From NCBI GenBank assembly GCA_963796675.1, contig CAWCMS010000020.1, positions 630,540 through 694,539 of the forward strand: a DNA stretch of 64,000 bases. The letters are read 5' to 3'. Origin of the DNA: Terriglobia bacterium. GTDB lineage: Bacteria > Acidobacteriota > Terriglobia > Bryobacterales > Bryobacteraceae. The notes beneath the pieces are model-generated. The model searched no databases and had not been told where the DNA came from. It saw only the letters and a program-made list of their open reading frames with translations. The translations under genes and the position numbers were made by a program. Below, piece by piece: positions 56,565 through 64,000 of the stretch; position 1 is the first letter of the stretch, and each line of letters begins with the position of its first letter.

Positions 56565-58127
56565 TTACGGCAGGCGGGTGGCGACCGACTTGGCTTGCAG
56601 GAACAGCAGGAGGTAGTCGGGGCCGCCGGCTTTCGAATCGGTGCCGGACATGTTGAAGCCGCCGAAGGGGTGCGCGCCGACCATGGCGCCGGTGCACTTG
56701 CGGTTGAAGTACAGGTTGCCGACGTGGAAACGCTCGCGCGCTTCGCGTAGATGCTCGGGGCTGTTCGAGAAAACGGCGCCGGTCAGACCGTATTCGGAAT
56801 CGTTGGCGAGTTCCAGGGCGTGTTCGAAATCGCGCGCACGGGTGACGGCCAGGACGGGTCCGAAAATCTCTTCCTGGAAGATGCGGGCTTTTGAATCGAC
56901 ATCCGCGATGATCGTGGGCGGGACGAAGTAGCCGCTGTTTTCGGGCGCATCGCCCCCGGCCACCAGGCGGCCTTCCTGCTTGCCGGTCTCGATGTAGTTG
57001 AGGATGGTTTTACGTGCGCCGGCGCTGATGACGGGTCCCATGTAGTTGTCCAGACTCTCGGACGGACCCATCTTGATGCCGCGCGCCTTCGCCGCCAGCT
57101 TTTCCAGAAATTCGTCGTAGATGCGCGTGTCGACGATCGCGCGGGAGCAGGCCGAACACTTCTGGCCCTGATAGCCGAAAGCGGAGGCGAGAACGCCATC
57201 CACGGCTTTATCGACATCGGCATCGCCATCCACAATGATGGCGTCCTTGCCGCCCATTTCGGCCACCACTCGCTTGATCCAGACCTGGCCGGGACGATGC
57301 CTGGCGGCAAGCTCATTGATGCGCAGGCCGACATCGCGCGAACCGGTGAAGGAGACAAAACGGGTCTTGGGATGCCCGACGAGAATATCGCCTACGGCGG
57401 CGCCGCTGCCGACCAGAAGGGTGAAACTCGATTCCGGGAAGCCCGCTTCGAGCAGCACTTCCGCAAACTTGGCGCCGATCGTGGGGGTTTCGCTCGAGGG
57501 CTTCACGACCACGGTGTTGCCGGTGACGAGCGCGGCCACGGTCATGCCGACCAGAATGGCCAGCGGGAAGTTCCATGGCGGAATCACAACGCCCACGCCG
57601 AGCGGGACGTAGATCATTTCATCCGATTCGCCGGGAAGCTGCACGACCGGTTGCGGGCCGGAGAGGCGCTGCATCTCGCGGGCGTAATACTCGCAGAAAT
57701 CGATGGCTTCGGAGACATCAGCCTCGGCCTCGGGCCACGTCTTGCCGGCTTCGAGCACGAGCCAGGCATCGAACTCCAGCTTGCGGACGCGGAGAATGCG
57801 GGCGGCTTCCAGCAGCAGGGCGACGCGGTCGGCGGCCGGAGTACGGCTCCAGTCGCGGAATGCGGCGAAGGCGTTTTCCACCGCGCGCGACGCGAGCTCG
57901 GCGCTCGCCTTGTGGTGCACACCCACGATTTCCGAAGGGTTCGAGGGGTTGACGGAAACCAGCTTGTCTCCAGTGGCGATCCACTCGCCATTGAGGCGGA
58001 GCTGGTATTCCCTGCCCAGCTCGGAACGCACTTTGGCGAGAGCGGCTTCCATGGCGCGACGGTTATCGGGCCGGGTGAAATCGGTGTAGGGTTCGTTGCG
58101 GAATTCGGTAATGGTTGCGGTAGCCAT
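56565..58127 (-). CDS. pruA: L-glutamate gamma-semialdehyde (1-pyrroline-5-carboxylate) dehydrogenase
   Basis: 520 aa of the aldehyde dehydrogenase fold. Contains FRNEPYTDFT at the N-terminus, VIPPWNFPLAI, EMGGKDAIIV and GYQGQKCSACSR (catalytic Cys). Confidence 0.9.
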   Translation of the reverse strand: MATATITEFRNEPYTDFTRPDNRRAMEAALAKVRSELGREYQLRLNGEWIATGDKLVSVNPSNPSEIVGVHHKASAELASRAVENAFAAFRDWSRTPAADRVALLLEAARILRVRKLEFDAWLVLEAGKTWPEAEADVSEAIDFCEYYAREMQRLSGPQPVVQLPGESDEMIYVPLGVGVVIPPWNFPLAILVGMTVAALVTGNTVVVKPSSETPTIGAKFAEVLLEAGFPESSFTLLVGSGAAVGDILVGHPKTRFVSFTGSRDVGLRINELAARHRPGQVWIKRVVAEMGGKDAIIVDGDADVDKAVDGVLASAFGYQGQKCSACSRAIVDTRIYDEFLEKLAAKARGIKMGPSESLDNYMGPVISAGARKTILNYIETGKQEGRLVAGGDAPENSGYFVPPTIIADVDSKARIFQEEIFGPVLAVTRARDFEHALELANDSEYGLTGAVFSNSPEHLREARERFHVGNLYFNRKCTGAMVGAHPFGGFNMSGTDSKAGGPDYLLLFLQAKSVATRLP

Positions 58128-58134
58128 CTAACCT

Positions 58135-58986
58135 TTATTCTCCCACGGGGACGGCGGTGAACTGTGTCCTGGGGTCGGGACGGACGCGGGCGAAGGCGCA
58201 CTGCGGATCGTGGCCGAAGCCGCAGAGCCAATCTTCGCGGGCGGCGGTGGCGAGCCAGGCGGTCTTGTTGTCGATGACTTCGAGCGGAAAGAGGTCGAAG
58301 CCGGCCACCCAGGTGGGCTGTACATGGGCAGCGGTAGGGATGAGGTCAGAGAAGAAGCAGAAAGTGCGGCCGCCGGATGTGACGGTGACCACGCACATAT
58401 CGCGGTTGTGGCCGGGAACGGGGCGCATGCGGACGCCGGGGACGACCTCGCGGCCTTCGTCGACCAATTCCATGCGGCCGGATTCGACCAGGGGGTCGTA
58501 GTTCTCGTCGCGATAGCTGACAGAGTCGCGGGGATGCCGGCGGTGGGCGTGCTCCCATTCACCGCGAGAGGCGTAATAGCGGGCGCGCGGAAAGGCCGCG
58601 GAGGGGCCCGAGGGCCCGAGAATGGTATTGCCGCCGCAGTGATCGAAGTGGAGATGGCTATTGACGACGATGTCGATGTCTTCGGGGTCGAAGCCCTGGC
58701 GGGCGAGGATTTCGGGGAGAGGGTCGTGAGCGGGCGGTAAATCCATGCGCTCCCGCGAGCGGGGGTCGAGTTTGTCGCCGGCGCCGGTTTCGATGAGGAC
58801 CTGATGATCGCCGGTACGGATCAGATAGCAGTTGAACGAGACGGGAATGCGATTGAGCGGGTCCGATTCCACCTTACGGCTCCACATGGTCTTGGGAACC
58901 ACGCCGAAAAAGGCACCGCCGTCCCAGCGGTAATGGCCGGCGGAAACAAAGTGGATTTCGAAATCGCCCAGGACAACGCCCGGCAA
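58135..58986 (-). CDS. MBL-fold metallo-hydrolase
   Basis: HLHFDHCGGN (the HxHxDH motif) plus downstream His/Asp ligands. Confidence 0.8.
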   Translation of the reverse strand: MPGVVLGDFEIHFVSAGHYRWDGGAFFGVVPKTMWSRKVESDPLNRIPVSFNCYLIRTGDHQVLIETGAGDKLDPRSRERMDLPPAHDPLPEILARQGFDPEDIDIVVNSHLHFDHCGGNTILGPSGPSAAFPRARYYASRGEWEHAHRRHPRDSVSYRDENYDPLVESGRMELVDEGREVVPGVRMRPVPGHNRDMCVVTVTSGGRTFCFFSDLIPTAAHVQPTWVAGFDLFPLEVIDNKTAWLATAAREDWLCGFGHDPQCAFARVRPDPRTQFTAVPVGE

Positions 58987-58989
58987 GGC

Positions 58990-59274
58990 TCAGCCCTTGA
59001 CCAGTTTGCGCCCTCGTTCGAAGAGCGCGGCGGCGTCTTCCACCAGCTTCCGTCCGCGTTCGAACATTTCGCGGCTGGCGTCTACGATATCCTGGCTGGT
59101 TTCGTTGATGGCTTCGCGGCCCTGCTGCGTTTTATCGGTGAGGAACTGGCGCGTGTCCTTACCACTGCGGGGCGCGTATAGGACGGCCACCGTAGCGCCG
59201 ATGATGGCGCCAGTCAAAAACCAGGCAACGCGCCCGGAACTCTCTTCCATCGCATCCTGGACGTTATCGGACAT
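58990..59274 (-). CDS. YtxH-domain protein
   Basis: Start at 59274. WFLTGAIIGATVAVLYAPRSGKDTRQFL followed by a helical tail with a duplicated FERGRKLV. Confidence 0.7.
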   Translation of the reverse strand: MSDNVQDAMEESSGRVAWFLTGAIIGATVAVLYAPRSGKDTRQFLTDKTQQGREAINETSQDIVDASREMFERGRKLVEDAAALFERGRKLVKG

Positions 59275-59313
59275 TTGGGGTGCTCCCTCCACATTCTGCG
59301 ATATCCTTGAGTC

Positions 59314-59628
59314 ATGGCGCAAGATCCCGAAGAAGATCGCTCCGGTGCGGATGACCCGGTAGACACGTCGCACGACCTGGACATGGTCACGATCTACAGC
59401 TCCACCACGGTCGATTCGGAGATGGAAGCCGATATGATCGAGGGGATACTGGATGCCAACGGAATACCGGCAGTGGTATGGCGTGCCACAGGGATTCCGC
59501 CGCTCGGGGTGGAAGTGCAGGTGCCGCGTAACCGGCTGGAAGACGCGCGGCGCGTGATCGCGGAGCAGGAGGCCGCCGGTCCGGAAGCCGCGGCCGAAGG
59601 CGAGGCCGCATCGGAAGAAGAGCGCTAG
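59314..59628 (+). CDS. DUF2007-like small protein
   Basis: MVTIYSSTTVDSEMEADMIEGILDANGIPAVV...VEVQVPRNRLEDARRVI. The start could be at 59314 or 59383. Confidence 0.55.
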   Translation: MAQDPEEDRSGADDPVDTSHDLDMVTIYSSTTVDSEMEADMIEGILDANGIPAVVWRATGIPPLGVEVQVPRNRLEDARRVIAEQEAAGPEAAAEGEAASEEER

Positions 59629-59915
59629 AGCGGATCGGACGAAAAAGGGTCGGCCGCAGGTTCAGGCTCAGGTTCCGGGGCGGATGGAGACGGTGAGGTC
59701 TCGGGCTCGGCGTGAGAGCCGGACGCGGACTCGTGCTTCGGAAACATGGAACGCGCGGTGACCGCTGGAGTCTGCTCGGAGAGCGCGACCTCGCACTCGC
59801 AGCAATCGCTGCAGCGTTGGCACTTTTCACAGAGGTGATTGGCGCACGCGTCCTTGGTGCAGCGAACGCAGATCCGCGAGGATTCCTCACCACAAATACT
59901 GCATAAGAATGGCAT
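59625..59915 (-). CDS. Small Cys-rich (zinc-ribbon-like) protein with an acidic Pro-rich tail
   Basis: Eleven Cys in the first 41 residues (C5xxC8, C16xxC19, C24, C29xxC32xxC35, C38C39xC41), followed by EPETSPSPSAPEPEPEPAADP. Confidence 0.45.
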   Translation of the reverse strand: MPFLCSICGEESSRICVRCTKDACANHLCEKCQRCSDCCECEVALSEQTPAVTARSMFPKHESASGSHAEPETSPSPSAPEPEPEPAADPFSSDPL

Positions 59916-59924
59916 GCTAGACCG

Positions 59925-60494
59925 CTATTTCTTCCTTCCCGGCGTGGGCGTAGTCTGAATCATCATGCCGCGGCAGCGCTGCGCTTCGCGGTCCATGACG
60001 GCGAGATCCTGCTCGCGCTCGGCGGCGAGATTGACGATATAACGCTGGAACCGGTCGCGGTTGGCACCGTTTTCGGCCTGCAGGCTGGCCAGAGATTCGG
60101 CGGCCGCCGGATTCTGGTATTTGCGGATACCCTGCTCGAGCGAGTTCAGCATGGAGTCGAGGCCCTGAATGCGAAAGTACACTTCGAGGGCAGCCGAAAG
60201 ACGCTCGGGGTTGGCGGCGAGTGCCTTAGCGCCGCTGGCGAGAGCTCGCGCCTGGGCCTTGCTGGATTCGAGTTGCGCGGCGTAAGTATCGGAAGCGCCC
60301 CTGGCGACCCATGCCTGAGTATCGATCTTATCCAGCTCTGGCAGCAGGCGCCCGGCATGGGCACTGATTTCCGTAAGCACGGGGCGGATATCCCAATCGG
60401 TTTCGAGTCCCGCAGGCGGGTTCGCCGCGGGGGCCTGTGCGAAGAGTGCCGCGGTAGAAACGAGGAAGAGAAAAACTCGCAGGGCCCAGTTCAT
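59925..60494 (-). CDS. Secreted helical hypothetical protein
   Basis: Signal peptide MNWALRVFLFLVSTAALFAQA. No motif recognised. Confidence 0.5.
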   Translation of the reverse strand: MNWALRVFLFLVSTAALFAQAPAANPPAGLETDWDIRPVLTEISAHAGRLLPELDKIDTQAWVARGASDTYAAQLESSKAQARALASGAKALAANPERLSAALEVYFRIQGLDSMLNSLEQGIRKYQNPAAAESLASLQAENGANRDRFQRYIVNLAAEREQDLAVMDREAQRCRGMMIQTTPTPGRKK

Positions 60495-60553
60495 ATCGCT
60501 TCTCCCAATCTAACATGCGCAGAAGAGAAGGAAGCGCGGACAGGGTACGACGT

Positions 60554-62591
60554 TTACCGGATTCCCTCGCTGCCGATGAAGTCGCGGAGCTGGTTATAGG
60601 CGCGGTGCGGGTTGTTCAGGCTCTTCGCCGAGCGGATCCAGCTCTCGTGGTACCAGCGGTCGAAGGGCGCGTATTCCCCGCGAGCGAACTCCGTTTCCAA
60701 TTGTTCGAGCAGCGTTTGCGCCTCCAATACCGCTTGCCACATGCGGGCGGGGTCAGGTGCGCGCAACGCTTGCTCCAGCTTGAGCGCCGCGTGAGTCTGC
60801 CGGTGCGCGATGCGCAGGCCCAGGCCCGCGTCGATGGAGAGGAACCGCCGCTGCGCCAGGGGCATTTCGTTTTCGGCCTGCTCTTCGGCGGCCAGGGCGT
60901 CATCCAGGAGTTTCGCGCGCGACTGCAATTGCGCCGCCGCCTCCGTGCTGAATGCGGCGGGCATGTTGCCTGCCACCTTGTCATAGAGCCGGTCGATCAG
61001 GTTCTGAATGGCATCCATGGCCGACCATAGCGTATCCGGCTTATCGAGTAGAGCGAAGTACTTCTGGTACACGGCCTCGGCGGCAGCAGGCCGGGAGAAA
61101 TACTCACGCGACCACCAGGCGGTGTAGCGGGCGGCCGCGTCCGGCGTGTCGAAGATCGCCGGTGCGTTCCAGCAGATATCGGCGATCATCCGGGCGCCCA
61201 TGACATAGTCGCGCAGTTCCGACACATTCACCAGCATGTACTCGGTGGCGCCCGCTTTGACGATCTTCTGAAACTCACCGGCCACCACCGAGGGAGTCTC
61301 GGTGTGCGTCGTCTGCTTGCTCAGAGTTCCGCCCAAATATGCCAGGTGATAGTAGACGCCGTGCTTCCACTTGCCCAAAGAAGCCGGCAGGCCTCGCATG
61401 TGGCCGTCATTGTCGTCGGGCCAGATGATCATGACGTCTTCCGGGAGGTCGAAGGCGGCGGGATTGCTCTGGTACTCGGGCAGCATCTCGGAGTACATCG
61501 TGAAAGTCAGGAGCGGGTTTCTCGACCACGCTGCGAACCATCCTGACCTGCTCTCCGATGACATCGCGGAAAGTGGCGGCCTTCTGTGCGCTTGTGGTTC
61601 CGGCCGGGAATGCGAAGGCGCGGTCAGAGGTGCCCCGCATACCAACCGGCCAGATGGCGTCGATGCCTTGGTTCTCGGTCAAGCCGCCACGCCAGAACCC
61701 CAGCATGCCCTCGCGGTTGGTGAACCAGTTATAGTCGGGCTTGACGCCGCGCTCGGCGGCCAGATGGAAAGTGGTGAGGCCGAAAGGATTCGAAAGCAGG
61801 ATGTCGTAGTGGTGGGAGGTGTAGTAGAGGCCCCAATCGCTCGCCAGCTTCTGCACCTCGAAGCGGCGGTGCACTCGCGTGTACGGCGCGACCATGTTCA
61901 TCCGCAGCCGGAGCGCCGTTTCGAAGAACCGCTTGTACCATTCGAGCGGCACGTCGCCCGTCTGAAGCGGGTAGCCGTTGGCGTCGAAGGGCCGCGGCAG
62001 CAGGTCCTCGTCATCGTGAAAGAAGCCGCGGTAGCGGAAGGTGGGCGGGGCCTGCGAGAAATCGGTCCGCTTGAGGACCAGCGGGTCGTGATGCGCGGGC
62101 CGGTAGCCCGACCAGATGTAGATCGGATCGATGCCCAGCCGTTCCGACAACGTGTACGCGGCGAAGGCCGTTCCGCGCGAGTTGGAGCCTACCAGCCAGA
62201 CGTCGTGACTGTCGGTGACCACGCGATAGCTTTCCCACCGGCCCTGCAGGGAGGCCGCGCGGATCGCAGCCGGGAGCGTTCCGCGGCCCACGGTAACGAG
62301 CCGGATGTGGACCTTGCCCGCGCCCGCGGTATTCACCATGGCCGGCTGATAGCCGCTGATCTTCGCGATATCCCCGGCGAGAAATGCGGCCGCCTGGTGG
62401 ACGGCGGAGTTCTCCTCAGGGGCTACGACGATCTCGGCAACGCCATCTTTGGAAGCGAGGGTGACATCCCCGGCCGCCGCAGTTCCGTTCCGCACCCATG
62501 AGCCGCGGACGGTGCTGGTCCAAGGGGCACTCTGCGCGAGACCGGACACTGCCCAGAGGCAGAGAAGCGTACAAACGCGGCAAACTCTCAT
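60554..62591 (-). pseudogene. GH115-family (alpha-glucuronidase-like) gene split by a +1 frameshift
   Basis: Track ORFs 61407..62609 and 60554..61645 are two halves of one gene. The first frame reads ...EQVRMVRSVVE and the +1 frame continues NPLLTFTMYSEMLPEYQ across the AAACCC run (GGGTTT at 61515-61520 on the plus strand). Removing one A joins them. The span of 2038 nt equals 3n+1. There is a signal peptide MRVCRVCTLLCLWAVSGLAQS, and the motif YRGFFHDDEDLL fits the family. Confidence 0.6.
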
Positions 62592-62704
62592 CGGTGTCCT
62601 CCGGCCCAATAGTTCGAATTCACAACAAAGCAGATTCTAGCTCGAAAGCCAAGGAAATTTAATAACCCCTCCCGGGTGAGTACGAGATCAGTCATCAGAG
62701 GAAT

Positions 62705-63313
62705 ATGGGCAGATCTACGGCTATTGGTTGCGGCGCGGTGCTACTGATCGCTCTGATCGTAGCCGCCACCACCGCCGGAACCTACAACCGCCTGGTTCAA
62801 CTCGATCAGGCCACGCAGGCGCAATGGGCGCAGGTGCAGAATACGTACCAGCGGCGCGCGGACCTGGTGCCGAACCTGGTGGCGACTGTGAAGGGCGCCG
62901 CGAATTTCGAGAAGAGCACGATGGTCGAGGTGACCGAGGCGCGCGCCCGCGTAAACCAGGTGACGCCCGCCGCAATGGCGGAGGTCCTGAAAGACCCCGC
63001 GGCCTTCCAGCGTTACCAGCAGGCCCAGCAGGGGTTGGGCGCGGCTCTCTCGCACCTGTTCGCCGTCGCAGAGAACTATCCGAACCTGAAGGCGACCTCC
63101 AACTTCCGCGACCTGCAATCCCAACTCGAAGGCACGGAGAACCGCATCGCGGTGGAGCGGCAGAGGTACAACGAAGCGGCCCAGGCGTTCAACACCGCCC
63201 GCAACCGGTTTCCGACGGTGGTGATCGCAGGCTTCTTCGGCGGCCGGTTCGCACCCAAGCCTTATTTCGCAGCGGAACCCGCCAGCCAGAAAGCGCCACA
63301 GGTGACGTTCTAA
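62705..63313 (+). CDS. lemA: LemA-family protein
   Basis: One N-terminal TM helix, then YNRLVQLDQATQAQWAQVQNTYQRRADLVPNLV...ENRIAVERQRYNEAAQAFN. Confidence 0.9.
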   Translation: MGRSTAIGCGAVLLIALIVAATTAGTYNRLVQLDQATQAQWAQVQNTYQRRADLVPNLVATVKGAANFEKSTMVEVTEARARVNQVTPAAMAEVLKDPAAFQRYQQAQQGLGAALSHLFAVAENYPNLKATSNFRDLQSQLEGTENRIAVERQRYNEAAQAFNTARNRFPTVVIAGFFGGRFAPKPYFAAEPASQKAPQVTF

Positions 63314-64000
63314 TTGGGTTTGCGCCGGATCCGGATCTTCGCGGCCATTCTGGCTTGGGCGGCAATCCTGCACGCGGCGGAAACGCCGATTCCACAGTCT
63401 CCCACCGAGTGGGTCACGGACACCGCGAACTTCCTTTCGCCGGAAACAGTCCGCACCTTGAATGCCCGCCTTGCGGCTTACGAACAAAGGACCGGCCATC
63501 AGTTGATCGTGTACGTCGCACCCACGACGGGCGATACGCCGCTCGAAGACTGGACGGTGCGGGCGTTCGCGAAATGGAAAGTCGGTCGTAAGGGGCTGGA
63601 TGACGGGCTGGCGATCTTTCTCTTTCCCCAGGATCGGAAGGTTCGGATCGAGGTCGGCTATGGGCTGGAGCCGATCGTAACGGATGCGATCGCATCGCGC
63701 GTGATCAACGAAGTGATGGTTCCCCAGATCCGCGCGGGGCAGCCGGATGCAGCAGTCACCACGGCAGTCGACACGCTGACCAAAGTGATCGACAGGCAGC
63801 CGGGTGAGTTCCCGCCTCCCCAACCCCACGGAGAGGTCACGCCATCGAGCCCGGTCGCCTCGATGTTCTGGGGTATCGTCGGGATACTCATCCTGGGTTT
63901 CTTCATCACGCACCCGAGACTGGCGCTCTACCTTCTGGTGAGCATTATGTCCGGAGGCGGCGGCACCTTCCGCGGCGGCGGGGGCGGAGGCGGGTTCGGA
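63314..64000 (+). CDS. TPM-domain (YgcG-like) protein, 3' end off the window
   Basis: Not in the supplied track because it has no in-window stop. TTG at 63314, directly after the lemA stop. My translation reads ...WVTDTANFLSPETVRTLNARLAAYEQRTGHQLIVYV...LDDGLAIFLFPQDRKVRIEVGYGLE..., then a TM segment and a Gly-rich tail. The 687 nt are in frame to the window end. Confidence 0.8.
   Translation, partial: MGLRRIRIFAAILAWAAILHAAETPIPQSPTEWVTDTANFLSPETVRTLNARLAAYEQRTGHQLIVYVAPTTGDTPLEDWTVRAFAKWKVGRKGLDDGLAIFLFPQDRKVRIEVGYGLEPIVTDAIASRVINEVMVPQIRAGQPDAAVTTAVDTLTKVIDRQPGEFPPPQPHGEVTPSSPVASMFWGIVGILILGFFITHPRLALYLLVSIMSGGGGTFRGGGGGGGFG

Overview
High-GC bacterial chromosome segment. The gene content looks Acidobacteriota-like (Solibacter/Bryobacter type): a PadR + orphan ADOP permease pair, a CarboxypepD_reg-type TonB receptor, and NHL-propeller proteins ending in TIGR03437-like domains. 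This taxonomic call is an inference from gene content only. I support about 50 protein-coding genes and found no rRNA, tRNA, CRISPR array, transposase or integrase. Left to right: glgX (partial), glutamine synthetase, and a secreted nucleoside hydrolase coupled to a split F1Fo ATP synthase operon (b'-b-delta-alpha-gamma-beta-epsilon, with no a/c genes). Next comes a hairpin-bracketed four-gene operon of unrecognisable proteins that ends in a leaderless GH46/lysozyme-fold peptidoglycan-binding hydrolase (9.8-16.4 kb). It is followed by two tandem giant NHL-propeller surface proteins, a divergent wHTH-Ser/Thr kinase-TPR one-component regulator, a serpin and a PP2C phosphatase. Then a TonB receptor operon with a frameshifted cupin isomerase, a cupredoxin-like lipoprotein and a YVTN propeller. 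Then a quinoprotein-like cluster: two PQQ-type propellers, an SGNH protein lacking the catalytic Ser and His, and a cytochrome c fused to a ComEA-type HhH domain. Then a LacI-controlled 3-keto-sugar operon, EmrAB-TolC, a minimal K+ channel, PadR/ADOP, ppk1, pruA, several small orphan genes, a frameshifted GH115, LemA and a partial TPM gene. The best candidate for an undescribed system is the autonomous operon at 9861-16334. It combines signal-less 749-aa and 341-aa proteins, a 5-TM protein with beta-sandwich domains on both sides of the membrane, and a leaderless wall hydrolase. Many long ORFs in the supplied track are antisense shadows typical of GC-rich DNA and were rejected.
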